Origin: Flavobacteriales bacterium
Lineage (GTDB): Bacteria; Bacteroidota; Bacteroidia; UBA10329
Reading direction: 5' to 3'
DNA: 46,020 bases
NCBI GenBank assembly: GCA_041687875.1
Contig: JBDNJH010000190.1
Span: forward strand, 1-46,020
Of the stretch, positions 1 through 9,375 are shown in pieces (position 1 is the stretch's first letter; the number at the start of each line of letters is the position of its first letter). The position numbers and the translations under genes are program-made. The notes beneath the pieces were generated by a model that was not told the origin of the DNA, did no database searches, and was given only the letters and a program-made list of their open reading frames with translations.

Positions 1-2
1 CC

Positions 3-146
3 AAGAAACAACCAAACTTTGATTCCCGGAATTTTGGTTTTGAGAAACTTACTCCCCTTTTCGCTTCCCTAAAGGAGTTTGAGGTGGACGCCAGAACGCA
101 GCCTGGGGCCAAGTTCAAGGTGATTCATGTGAAGAATAAGGGATAG
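3..146 (+). CDS. 3' end (47 codons) of an unidentified CDS entering from upstream of the window
   Basis: Frame 3 is open from the window edge to TAG at 144-146 (...FEVDARTQPGAKFKVIHVKNKG*). It is below the 60-aa cutoff of the ORF track and has no recognisable motif. Confidence 0.3.
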   Translation, partial: KKQPNFDSRNFGFEKLTPLFASLKEFEVDARTQPGAKFKVIHVKNKG

Positions 147-163
147 CGTTTAGGAATTGGGTG

Positions 164-1018
164 TTAGTCGATAGCTTTCCTGATATTCCAGGATATGCAG
201 TTGAGAATCCCGCCACTTTTGGCCAGTTCGCTGCATTCCAACGCAACCACTTTCCTGTCGTGGAAAACCTCTGTTAGAATTTCCATCGCTTTTTCATCTG
301 AAGGAAGGTTGAAAACAGGAACGATGACAGCCTGTTCCATCTCCAGATAATTGAGATACAGCCCGACCGCACTTACCAACGTTGGGTCGTCTTCTGGTTC
401 GTACGGAAGAATGATAATGTCCAAGCCTGTAGCTTCAATTGCCTCTTGGAATAGGTCTTGAAATTCCTCATTTTCCTGCCAATAGTCGTTGATGATAAGC
501 GTATTCTCATCTGCAAAACGCACCATACCATCGGCATGTCCGGTGAAATCGTTTTCATCCCATGGCACAAAAAACAGCTTCTCTTCCCGCACATTGAAAT
601 GCTCTAACAGCTCTTCAATGAGGTCGTCTTCTTCTAATTCTTCGTTCTCGAAAAACACCTTTTCGCACAGAATCACGCTATCATCCCATTTGGTCACATT
701 GCCGCCATCCAAATTGACATTGGATTTTATTGGTTTGATACCAATCGCCTTGCAAATGGCATCCACGTTGGAAATAGTTGCCTTGTTTTCGGGCGAATCC
801 ATCAGGTAATCGGGTTCATATCGGAACTGAATAAACTCGTCTTTGCTGGTTTGAACAGGCATGTAATCCTTGGCCCAAATGTCTTTGGTGCCAGGAAGTA
901 ACGCGAACGGAATGCCACATTCCTTCAGCACTTTTTCAAAGCGTTTGAAAAATTCTGGATGCTCCGTTGGGAGGATGTCGGAGAGGTAAAGGAAGTTGGT
1001 TGCGTTGTCTGGAATCAT
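164..1018 (-). CDS. Agmatine deiminase / Porphyromonas-type peptidylarginine deiminase family protein (short form)
   Basis: 284-aa ORF with ATG at 1016-1018. It carries guanidino-group-modifying-enzyme landmarks: WAKDYMP, LDGGN, TGHADGMVRF and C-terminal GGILNCISW, which sits at the catalytic-Cys position of GGxxHC(I/V)T. Confidence 0.65.
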   Translation of the reverse strand: MIPDNATNFLYLSDILPTEHPEFFKRFEKVLKECGIPFALLPGTKDIWAKDYMPVQTSKDEFIQFRYEPDYLMDSPENKATISNVDAICKAIGIKPIKSNVNLDGGNVTKWDDSVILCEKVFFENEELEEDDLIEELLEHFNVREEKLFFVPWDENDFTGHADGMVRFADENTLIINDYWQENEEFQDLFQEAIEATGLDIIILPYEPEDDPTLVSAVGLYLNYLEMEQAVIVPVFNLPSDEKAMEILTEVFHDRKVVALECSELAKSGGILNCISWNIRKAID

Positions 1019-1130
1019 CTTGATGCTCTAATTGTTCGTTCAAAGTTCAAAGTAGCAGATTTCTATTGACTCTTCACTCTTCGCTTTTCACTGATTGCTA
1101 ATCACTAATTTCACGGCAAACCAAACAACT

Positions 1131-1826
1131 ATGAGCTACAGAATCGGAGTATTGCTTTCAGGAAATGGAGTCTATGACGGGTCAGAGATTCACGAAAGTG
1201 TATTTACACTTTTGGCGATTGATGAGAACAAAGGCGAGGCCGTTTGCATGGCACCGAATATCGAACAGCACCATGTAATCAACCATATTTCTGGCGATGA
1301 AATGCCTGAGAAACGCAACGTGATGGTGGAAGCGGCCCGAATTGCACGTGGTGTCATTTCTGACCTTGCTGATATGAATGCCGATAAGCTTGATGCACTT
1401 GTCATTCCGGGTGGTTTCGGAGCGGCAAAGAACCTGACTAAATGGGCTTTTAGTGGGCCAGATGGAGAAATTAATGGAGAGGTGAAACGAATCATCAACG
1501 AGTTTGTCCATGCCAAAAAACCTATTGTTGGCTTGTGCATGGGACCGACCGTAATTGCCAAGGCATTACAAGGTGCAGGATTGGAAGCACATTTGACCGT
1601 TGGAAGCACAGAAGAAGCATCTCCTTATGATATTGATGCCATCAGCCAAGCAATGGAAAAGACGGGTGCTGTGGCTGTAATGACCACAATTCAAGAGATT
1701 ACCGTTGATGTTGAAAACAAAATCATCACTGCTCCCTGCTATATGATGGAAGGGTCGATAACCGATGTGCGCGACAACATCAAACAGGCAATTGACGAGC
1801 TTTTTGAAATGTTGGAAGAAGGATAA
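1131..1826 (+). CDS. elbB: ElbB-type DJ-1/PfpI-family glyoxalase (isoprenoid biosynthesis protein ElbB)
   Basis: The ORF-track start at 1095 is TTG. The first ATG at 1131 gives MSYRIGVLLSGNGVYDGSEIHE..., followed by LVIPGGFGAAKNL and the nucleophile-elbow GLCMGP. Confidence 0.8.
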   Translation: MSYRIGVLLSGNGVYDGSEIHESVFTLLAIDENKGEAVCMAPNIEQHHVINHISGDEMPEKRNVMVEAARIARGVISDLADMNADKLDALVIPGGFGAAKNLTKWAFSGPDGEINGEVKRIINEFVHAKKPIVGLCMGPTVIAKALQGAGLEAHLTVGSTEEASPYDIDAISQAMEKTGAVAVMTTIQEITVDVENKIITAPCYMMEGSITDVRDNIKQAIDELFEMLEEG

Positions 1827-1841
1827 AGTTTGTGAGCGCGA

Positions 1842-3257
1842 TTAGCCCGCGCAATCCTCCATAATGTACTTGGCAGTGGAGAACAACTCCGCTTCTTCAA
1901 ACTGATCGGCCATTACTTGCATTCCGAACGGAAGTCCGTTTTTCGTTCCTACGGGAATGGAAATGGCAGGAATACCCACCAGATTTGCCATCACCGTAAA
2001 AATGTCTTCGAGGTACATCTTGATTGGATCATCCGAATTCTCTCCAAACTTGAAAGCCACATCTGGCGTGGTTGGAGAAAGAATCATGTGATATTTTGAG
2101 AACAACTCATCGGTGGTGTTCTTGAGCAGTCGTCTCACGCGTTGACCTTTGGCGTAGTATGCATCGTAATATCCTGCCGAAAGCACGAATGTTCCGAGCA
2201 TAATTCTGCGTTTCACTTCCGTTCCAAAACCTTCAGAGCGAGATAGTTTGTAGGTGCTTTCAAGGTCAGTGGCTTTCTCACTACGGTAACCGTAACGCAT
2301 GCCATCATATCTCGAGAGATTGGATGATGCTTCGGCCGTTGTGAGGATGTAATATGTAGGAATGAGAAAATCAAGCAATGGGAAATCAACGGCATCAACG
2401 GTGTGTCCATCAGCTTTCAGTTTCTCTACAACTTCCATGAAACGCGTTTTGATGGTAGCATCAAGTGCCTCGCTTTCCACACAATCCTTCAGATAGGCGA
2501 ACTTCTTCTTCCCAATCGGTTTTGGAGAGTAGCTCGGAACCTTTCGGCTTGAAGCAGTGCTGTCGAACTCATCGTTACCAGACATCACTTCCGTGATAAG
2601 CGCGGCATCTTCTACATTCTTCGCAAACGGGCTGATTTGATCAAAGCTGGAAGCGAAGGCTAACAATCCATGGCGCGAAATACGGCCATAGGTTGGTTTA
2701 ATTCCCACTAATCCACAGAACGAAGCTGGCTGGCGGACCGAACCGCCTGTTTCTGAACCCAACGAAACATGGCAAAGGTCTGCAGCAACCGCCACAGCCG
2801 AACCTCCTGACGAACCTCCAGGAACTCTCGTTTTATCCAACGGATTCAACACATTTCCGAAGGCGGAATTCTCGTTGGAGCTGCCCATGGCAAATTCATC
2901 GCAGTTCAATCGACCAATGATGATGGCATCCTCAGCAAGCAGTTTTTCAACGGCTGTTGCGCTGTAAAGCGATTCAAATCCGTCCAGAATCTTGCTTGAA
3001 CCTTGCACTCCGTGACCTTCGTAACAGATGTTATCCTTGATGCCGACAACTACGCCCGCCAATCTTCCCGCAGTGCTGGAGGCGAGTTTCTTGTCAATAG
3101 TATCAGCGCGTTCCAATGCTTCATCAGCATAAACGGCCAAGAAGGCATTCAGATCTTTGGTTTCGGAAATACGCGCTAGAAATGCCTCAACGGTCTTACG
3201 AACCGTGGTTGTTCCTTCTTTTAACGCGAGATGATAGGATGAAATGTTGTTGCCCAT
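1842..3257 (-). CDS. gatA: Asp-tRNA(Asn)/Glu-tRNA(Gln) amidotransferase subunit A
   Basis: 471 aa with the amidase signature GGSSGGSAVAVAA and GSETGGSVRQPASFCG. Length and N-terminus are typical of GatA. Confidence 0.9.
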   Translation of the reverse strand: MGNNISSYHLALKEGTTTVRKTVEAFLARISETKDLNAFLAVYADEALERADTIDKKLASSTAGRLAGVVVGIKDNICYEGHGVQGSSKILDGFESLYSATAVEKLLAEDAIIIGRLNCDEFAMGSSNENSAFGNVLNPLDKTRVPGGSSGGSAVAVAADLCHVSLGSETGGSVRQPASFCGLVGIKPTYGRISRHGLLAFASSFDQISPFAKNVEDAALITEVMSGNDEFDSTASSRKVPSYSPKPIGKKKFAYLKDCVESEALDATIKTRFMEVVEKLKADGHTVDAVDFPLLDFLIPTYYILTTAEASSNLSRYDGMRYGYRSEKATDLESTYKLSRSEGFGTEVKRRIMLGTFVLSAGYYDAYYAKGQRVRRLLKNTTDELFSKYHMILSPTTPDVAFKFGENSDDPIKMYLEDIFTVMANLVGIPAISIPVGTKNGLPFGMQVMADQFEEAELFSTAKYIMEDCAG

Positions 3258-3275
3258 TCAGACGATGGTCGGGGC

Positions 3276-3467
3276 TTAATCTTTCTTGTCAGAAATCTTA
3301 TCGGTCTCTTCGCCTTTGGAGGCATCTTTGAACTCCTTGATGCCTTTTCCAAGGCCTTTCATCAGTTCAGGAATCTTTCTTCCACCAAACAGTAGAAGAA
3401 TTATTACTGCAATAATGATGACCTCCTGTGGGCCAAAAACACCAAGTATGATTGAAGCTAAAAGCAT
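3276..3467 (-). CDS. tatA: Twin-arginine translocase subunit TatA/E
   Basis: The internal ATG at 3465-3467 gives a 63-aa protein with one TM helix plus an amphipathic helix (IIIAVIILLLFGGRKIPELMKGLGKGIKEFKDA). The longer track ORF (to 3530) would run into an inverted-repeat element. Confidence 0.85.
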   Translation of the reverse strand: MLLASIILGVFGPQEVIIIAVIILLLFGGRKIPELMKGLGKGIKEFKDASKGEETDKISDKKD

Positions 3468-3525
3468 GGGGCAAATGTATTTATTTTTAATGAGTCTGTC
3501 TTCATATCCAAAGTCAGCAAATTGT

Positions 3526-3607
3526 GTCACGCTGTGCGCCTCAGGCGCATCAGCATCTATCAGCTATTGCATTCAGACCCTTATCCGCCTGAGGCGGACA
3601 GGGTGAC
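3526..3607. repeat. 82-nt imperfect inverted-repeat element (24-nt arms, 21/24 complementary, 34-nt spacer) in the M23-tatA intergenic region
   Basis: The left arm is gtcacgctgtgcgcctcaggcgca (3526-3549) and the right arm is tccgcctgaggcggacagggtgac (3584-3607). Each arm also contains its own small GC hairpin (GCGCC-TCA-GGCGC and CCGCC-TGA-GGCGG). Confidence 0.6.
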
Positions 3608-3648
3608 GCTACCTGAAAAGTGTTTGGGCTAGCAAACGGATAGACATT

Positions 3649-4878
3649 TTATTTTTTACTCACAATCCATTTGGCGGGATTGAGTTTCGTAGCGCCCTTC
3701 CATATTTCGAAATGAAGTACCGTCCTATCGTCTTCGCGACTGGTGACCACCAACCCTATCTCCTGTTTTACACTGAGTTTGTCGCCCATCTTAACAGTCA
3801 CTTCTTCAAGATTTGCATACACGCTTAGGAATTCTCCATGACGCATAATGACCGCCTTGTGAGCACCAGGAATGGAGACAACTGCTGAAACGGTGCCTTC
3901 GTAAACGGCTCGCGCCTTGGTGCCTTTATCTGTGGTGATGTCAATGCCGTTGTTCTCAATTTTGATGGAAGGCATTGTAGGATGTGCGTGCTCGCCAAAG
4001 TAAGCTGTAATGACGCCACGGTCAGACGGCCAAGGTAATTTCCCTTCATTGTCTGCAAACTGCCCAGAAAGCTCTAGTTCTTTAGGTGTAAGCGCAAAAC
4101 CAGATTTGGTTGTGGTTGTTGTGTTGTCTTTGGTGGCCTTTTCCTTCGCTTTTCTGATTTCCTCCTCAATGATACGGGCGATGGCTTTCTCCAATTTCTT
4201 GGCATCGCGTTCCTTGTCCTTCAACTGTTTTTTTAGGTCGCCTTCCTTCTGTTTCAAGGTATTCACCATCTTATCTTGCTCCTCTTTCTCTGTTGAAAGC
4301 TGAATCTTCTCCTTTTCCTTATCCTCAACTAAATAGGCCATTTTGTTCTTCTTCTGCGCCAGTTCATCTGTGCGCGATTCCAACGATGCTTTCACCTCTT
4401 CAATGGCTTTGGCCTGCTGCTGTCGGTGCTTAGAATACTGCTGGAAATACTTGATGCGTTTGTAAGCCTGATTGAAATCCTCTGATGAAAGAATGAAGAG
4501 CAGTCGGTCATATTTGCTCTGATTCTTGTAGGTGTAGTACAGCATTTTGCCATACTCGTCCTTGAGGCGTTTGAGGTCGTCTTCCAACGATTTCACCACG
4601 CCTCTGGTCTGATCTATCTGCTGTTGCACCATGTCTACTTCGCGGAGAATGGTGTTGATGAGCTGTACCCGTTTGTTGATTTTAGAGCTGAGGAGGTTCA
4701 ACTCGCTCAGTGATGCTTTCTTGTTGGCAGCCGTTTCGTTGAGGAGTTTATTGGTGAATTCAATATCCTTCTGCAGTTGCTTTTTCCGGTCTTCAAGATC
4801 CTTTTTGTCCTGACCGAAGGACACAACCGAACCGAAAACCAGCAGAATCAGAAGTATGTTGCGCTTAATAAGGAACAT
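3649..4878 (-). CDS. Peptidoglycan DD-metalloendopeptidase family protein / murein hydrolase activator (EnvC-like, M23/LytM)
   Basis: ATG at 4876-4878 gives the signal anchor MFLIKRNILLILLVFGSVVSFGQ. A long K/E/Q-rich coiled coil follows, then a C-terminal LytM barrel (GIDITT..., HKAVIMRHGEFLSVYANL, VLHFEIW). Confidence 0.85.
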   Translation of the reverse strand: MFLIKRNILLILLVFGSVVSFGQDKKDLEDRKKQLQKDIEFTNKLLNETAANKKASLSELNLLSSKINKRVQLINTILREVDMVQQQIDQTRGVVKSLEDDLKRLKDEYGKMLYYTYKNQSKYDRLLFILSSEDFNQAYKRIKYFQQYSKHRQQQAKAIEEVKASLESRTDELAQKKNKMAYLVEDKEKEKIQLSTEKEEQDKMVNTLKQKEGDLKKQLKDKERDAKKLEKAIARIIEEEIRKAKEKATKDNTTTTTKSGFALTPKELELSGQFADNEGKLPWPSDRGVITAYFGEHAHPTMPSIKIENNGIDITTDKGTKARAVYEGTVSAVVSIPGAHKAVIMRHGEFLSVYANLEEVTVKMGDKLSVKQEIGLVVTSREDDRTVLHFEIWKGATKLNPAKWIVSKK

Positions 4879-5656
4879 ATTTGCTCGGAATATTGAAAGG
4901 AAACCGCAAGGTACTTTTCTCTTCGATCTTTGACCAGTTAAGCTCAACGGCAATATTCTCTTTTCCTTGTGTTCGGAAACGCATGGAGGTGGGGAATATC
5001 ATTGTTTCCAGTTGCTGGAAGTCGTGGTATTCGGCAAGAATCTGTTCGTTTCGTGCTGGGTTTTTGAGCACAGAACGCGTCACGCGCCAAATACTGGGGT
5101 CAATCTCCGTCCGTTGTTCCAGTTTCAGGGGCGCACTGCTCGTGGATATTTTATCCGAGGCGGCCTCTAGCGTGTAAAGGTCAACCAGTGGCTTTAGCAT
5201 ATACATCTGTTCATCATAAAGGCGAACAAATTCTCCCGTCAGGGCAGATTGAAGTAATTCGAAGCTTACCTCCATTTTTAGCACTTCGTTCGTCTTCTCA
5301 AACGACTCAGAAAAGTACTTCTGCTCAATGCGATTAACCATCTTAATGCTATCGGGCGTAATAACCACGCGAACCACTTCAATTCCCAATCCGGGGGTGA
5401 TGGAAAGCCAGATAATGCTGTCTTTTTTAAAACGGGCACGTACTCCAAAACTCTGCGTTTTTTCGGCTGTGGAATGATTGACATTCAGTTTCGCTTCAAG
5501 AAATTCGTAGCTGCTGTGTGTTCTTACCGAATCTAGCAGCTGTGCGGTGGTAATCTTAGGGAGCCCGGATGGTTTGGTGGCCACTTGGCTGCTTTTGCAA
5601 CCGAAAAGCACCGATACGAACAGCACTGCGGTAATAAACGATAAGGGAATTCTCAT
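4865..5656 (-). CDS. DUF4292-like (LolB-like) outer-membrane lipoprotein
   Basis: ATG at 5654-5656 gives MRIPLSFITAVLFVSVLFGC, a lipobox. The position between the TPR gene and the M23 gene matches the common Bacteroidota arrangement, as I recall it. It overlaps the next gene by 14 nt. Confidence 0.6.
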   Translation of the reverse strand: MRIPLSFITAVLFVSVLFGCKSSQVATKPSGLPKITTAQLLDSVRTHSSYEFLEAKLNVNHSTAEKTQSFGVRARFKKDSIIWLSITPGLGIEVVRVVITPDSIKMVNRIEQKYFSESFEKTNEVLKMEVSFELLQSALTGEFVRLYDEQMYMLKPLVDLYTLEAASDKISTSSAPLKLEQRTEIDPSIWRVTRSVLKNPARNEQILAEYHDFQQLETMIFPTSMRFRTQGKENIAVELNWSKIEEKSTLRFPFNIPSKYVPY

Positions 5657-5662
5657 TGCCAA

Positions 5663-7384
5663 TTATGGAAGCTTTGTTCCTTCAATTTTGGCAGGAAGCT
5701 CCTCGCTGTGGTCGCCCAATTCCAAGGCCAATTTCCATTGCTCCAAAGCCATGTCCTTTTCAGCCATTTTGAAGAGAATATCTCCGTAATGCTCTACAAT
5801 CACACCACTTGTGCCTCCTCCACTGGCAATGGCTTTCAATATCCACTCAAGGGCAGTTTCGTATTTACGCTGCTGAAAAAGAATCCAAGCATATGTGTCT
5901 TGATAGTTAGCCTCACGTGGCTGGAGTATGTTTGCCTTTTTCGACATTTCCTCCGCGTGGTTAAGTTTTTCTGCCCGTAACGAGAGGAAGTAACTGTAGT
6001 TATTAAGCAATAATGGATTGTTCGGATCCTTCTTGATGGCCTTTTCAAATGCCTCGTCAGACTCTTTGTATTGCTTTAGGTTATTGTGTGCATCTGCAAG
6101 CACCGAAAGCAACTGCACATTCATGTACGACTCCGTTCTGGTGAAAATCTCACCTTCAGAAAGGATGCTTACGGCCTCTTTGTATTCCTTGAGATTGTTG
6201 TGTGCAATGCCGTTGAGCAGGTAAAGAACGCCCTGATTAGGGAACAGTTCCAACGCCTTCTTGCTATCAACCTTCATAGCTTCCCAATCGCGGAGTTCGT
6301 AACTAGTATTCACTAGCTGACTCCACACTAGGAAACGACTGCTGTCGAGTTTCACGGTTTCGTAGAAGGCATCACGCGATTCTTTCAACTTGCCATCGCG
6401 CAGCAGAAAATCTGCCTTCATCGCAAACGACCTTGCATCGGTAGGATGTGCCGTTGTCAATAAGTCGAGCAATTCGTATGCCTGAACCAAGAGTTTGTCA
6501 TTGCCCGTGGTGAGGTTGTAATAAGACATCATTACCTGAATCTTGTTATCGATACTCAACTCGGGACTGGCAAATGCCAATTTTAATTCTTTGTACGAGG
6601 CATCGTAATCGCCTCTTGTACGATGAAATTCTGCAAGGTTCAGATGCAGAATTGGATCATCAGGATGATTTTTGGCCATCCGCTCGTACACCACAAATGC
6701 CTTGTCGTGCATTTCGTTGGCCATATAAACCTCTGCCAACATGCCTAGGTAACGCTGTTCTCCCGGAAAGTTGCTAATCAAATGTTCAAGTTCCTTCACC
6801 GCATCTTCCAAGCGGTCCATTTGCAGGAAGATTTTCTCTTTCTGAATAGAGATTTCTTCGCTTATTCCAATCACCTCCTCAATCTTATTGTAGGCTTTTA
6901 TGGCCTCCTCAAACCTGTTCAGATAGAGATAAGAAGTTGCCAACTCATATTGGTATTCCACCTTCTCAGGATGTTCCTTCGTCAAGCGTTCGTAGATCTT
7001 GACTGCAGATTGGAAGTCATTCAACCCAAGTTGAATTTCTGCGGTAAAGAGTGAATACCATTCGTTGGTTGGGTCGAGCTCCAATGCACGGAGTGCAAAC
7101 GGAAGTGCTTGGGGCACCTGCTGACTTGTAGTGAGAAGATTAGCCAATTCGTAATAACTGGCGGCATTGTTCGGGTCAATCTTGATGCAATTGTGATAGA
7201 GTTCAGCAGCCTCTTCGTAGTTGCCGAGCATCTTCTGCTTGCTGGCATCAAAGAACAGCTCGGTGATCTTGCGGTTGTCCTCGTAGCTCGGTTCCTTGTC
7301 TTTCTTAGTGCGTTTCTGAGCGTTGGCAACACCAACCCAGAGGGCGAGTACAAAAATCAATAGTATATGAAGGGTTCTGCTCAA
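5663..7384 (-). CDS. Secreted tetratricopeptide-repeat protein
   Basis: 573 aa with a signal peptide ([11 protein letters not shown]) and many 34-residue A/Y/L-patterned repeats (e.g. [28 protein letters not shown]). The apparent TTG start overlaps the dut stop. Confidence 0.85.
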   Translation of the reverse strand: MSRTLHILLIFVLALWVGVANAQKRTKKDKEPSYEDNRKITELFFDASKQKMLGNYEEAAELYHNCIKIDPNNAASYYELANLLTTSQQVPQALPFALRALELDPTNEWYSLFTAEIQLGLNDFQSAVKIYERLTKEHPEKVEYQYELATSYLYLNRFEEAIKAYNKIEEVIGISEEISIQKEKIFLQMDRLEDAVKELEHLISNFPGEQRYLGMLAEVYMANEMHDKAFVVYERMAKNHPDDPILHLNLAEFHRTRGDYDASYKELKLAFASPELSIDNKIQVMMSYYNLTTGNDKLLVQAYELLDLLTTAHPTDARSFAMKADFLLRDGKLKESRDAFYETVKLDSSRFLVWSQLVNTSYELRDWEAMKVDSKKALELFPNQGVLYLLNGIAHNNLKEYKEAVSILSEGEIFTRTESYMNVQLLSVLADAHNNLKQYKESDEAFEKAIKKDPNNPLLLNNYSYFLSLRAEKLNHAEEMSKKANILQPREANYQDTYAWILFQQRKYETALEWILKAIASGGGTSGVIVEHYGDILFKMAEKDMALEQWKLALELGDHSEELPAKIEGTKLP

Positions 7385-7815
7385 TGCTTTCCTGTGTGTC
7401 CGAATCCTCCTGCACCGCGCAGCGTTTCATCCAGAATTTCAACTTCGGCCCACGATATCTGTTCGTGTTTGGCGATAACCATTTGCGCCACGCGCTCACC
7501 GTTCTTGATAACAAACGGTTCGGCAGAAAGGTTTACCAATAGCACCTTTATCTCTCCACGGTAATCTGCATCAATCGTTCCTGGCGAATTCAAAACAGTT
7601 AAACCGTGCTTGTATGCCAGCCCGCTACGAGGGCGAATCTGAGCTTCTGTTCCTTTTGCTAAAGCGATGAAAAGCCCCGTGGGAACCAATACTCTTTCCA
7701 AACTCTTCAATTCAATATCTGCTTCAATATTTGCCCGCAAGTCCATTCCAGCCGAAAGCTCTGTTTCGTAGTTGGGGAGGGCGTGTTCCGAACGATTTAT
7801 TACCTGTACTTCCAT
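7381..7815 (-). CDS. dut: dUTP diphosphatase
   Basis: 144 aa with all classic dUTPase motifs: [31 protein letters not shown] and GGFGHTG. Confidence 0.95.
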   Translation of the reverse strand: MEVQVINRSEHALPNYETELSAGMDLRANIEADIELKSLERVLVPTGLFIALAKGTEAQIRPRSGLAYKHGLTVLNSPGTIDADYRGEIKVLLVNLSAEPFVIKNGERVAQMVIAKHEQISWAEVEILDETLRGAGGFGHTGKH

Positions 7816-7905
7816 TCCTATTTTTTCTTCGGGCGGGCGCGCAAAACTACTTAAAATTGGGGCGGAGGAGGAACCATGGAAGGCTTCCGGTTATTGGAGG
7901 AGTTC

Positions 7906-9375
7906 TCACTTCAGAACCTGCACCACACCATTTCTCCTCTCACCATCGGGCAGGGTGAGGATATAATAATATACCCCGCCTGTCACATTGCCCGCATCCC
8001 AGCCGTTGATGTAATCGTCCGTGCGGAACACCTCCCGCCCCCAACGACTGTAGATGACAAGTCCGCTGCCCACGGGCAGATGCTCCATGATGAACGTATC
8101 GTTGATGCCGTCCCCGTCAGGCGTGAACACCGTGGGCACGGTCAATGTATCGGGCACGGGTTCCTCATCGGTGCAGCGTACAAGGCCGTTGGTGTAGGCG
8201 TAGGAATCTATGAAATTGGGGAGGCCGAAGCTTATGGTCCTGCCTTGCAGCCAAATGGCCGAATCCTCAAGATTGCAGGCAAGACCCAGATTGTTAGGTT
8301 CGTGGATCACATCTATGTAATGATATCCGTTATGTCTTGCCAGATATATCTTGCCGTTGTTGGAAAGTTGTAATCCGTAAGTTGTAACCTGAGAGATAGT
8401 GGTTCTGGAATCTCGTATGGCCTCAGCATTCCCTGCCATCAGATCATACTGGTACAACCCATTGTTGTTCAACACGCATGACATGTACAATTTAGTGTTG
8501 TCTGGTGAGAACGATAGTCCGTAATGATTAAAATTGGTATTTGCCTGAATAGAGATACAATTGGTCACAGCCCCTGTGGCCGTGTTGAAGTGGCACACTT
8601 CTGCAATGGAAGGGAACGCGTTAGCGTTCACGATGGCAAGCCTTGTCCCATCAGGGGAGAATTTCATCTGACCGATTGCTGACCCTGTCCCTTGAAATCC
8701 TAGTGGATGCACCGACCCGACTGCCGAGATTACCTCATCGCCTATCCCCTGTGGGGTGAGATGGTAGGCATGGAACCTGTCGGAATAGAACTTGTGGGCC
8801 ACCACCCAATAATCCCGACCATTGGCGTGAAGAACTGCGGAAAGCTTTTCAGCCACCGTATCTAGCAGCAGGATGTTTTTCTGTCCTTCCATCACATCAC
8901 CGAGGCTGTCATTCAGGCACATGTCCACCACAGAGTAGCGGAAGCCGTTCTTCAGGCCACTCTCATAGAAGCCATCAGTGGTGAATACATAAAAGATACG
9001 CTTACTTTTTGGAAGAGGCACGATTAGCGCACCCTGTGTTGATGAGTAATGACCAAGAAGGCTGTCTCCATTTGGCATCAAATCGTGATTCCTGTTCCAG
9101 ATCTTTTCGCTGTTCGTGTAAACCAGTAGGTTGCCGGCACTGTCGCAGATTACCGCACTTGCCTCTGAGTGATTAGGAAGTCCTTGCCTATATATCGCCC
9201 CATCCGTCAATAGGACAGGTTCTCCGTTACTGAAATCCAACCCAAGCCCATCCGCGAAATGCCATCTGTCACCCTGTTTTTGAGCAATAGAAATAGAAAC
9301 TGCACTCAACAAAAGCACAGTTGTGCTAATCGTTGAGCGCAGAATTCTCCAATTCGGTATTGGCAAGAGCGGCAT
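7906..9375 (-). CDS. Secreted beta-propeller-like protein with T9SS type-B (gliding motility-associated, CHU_C-type) C-terminal domain
   Basis: 489 aa with a signal peptide. The last ~78 aa (7909-8142), VFTPDGDGINDTF...IYSRWGREVF...GVYYYIL, match the type-B sorting-domain pattern. Its ATG shares 1 nt with the upstream stop (TGATG). Confidence 0.8.
   Translation of the reverse strand: MPLLPIPNWRILRSTISTTVLLLSAVSISIAQKQGDRWHFADGLGLDFSNGEPVLLTDGAIYRQGLPNHSEASAVICDSAGNLLVYTNSEKIWNRNHDLMPNGDSLLGHYSSTQGALIVPLPKSKRIFYVFTTDGFYESGLKNGFRYSVVDMCLNDSLGDVMEGQKNILLLDTVAEKLSAVLHANGRDYWVVAHKFYSDRFHAYHLTPQGIGDEVISAVGSVHPLGFQGTGSAIGQMKFSPDGTRLAIVNANAFPSIAEVCHFNTATGAVTNCISIQANTNFNHYGLSFSPDNTKLYMSCVLNNNGLYQYDLMAGNAEAIRDSRTTISQVTTYGLQLSNNGKIYLARHNGYHYIDVIHEPNNLGLACNLEDSAIWLQGRTISFGLPNFIDSYAYTNGLVRCTDEEPVPDTLTVPTVFTPDGDGINDTFIMEHLPVGSGLVIYSRWGREVFRTDDYINGWDAGNVTGGVYYYILTLPDGERRNGVVQVLK

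Noticed and set aside
7876-8373. A 165-aa + strand ORF lies antisense to the beta-propeller gene.
   Set aside because: It lies in the G+C-richest part of the window, where long antisense ORFs arise by chance. It has no motif, and the minus-strand frame has a signal peptide and a type-B CTD.
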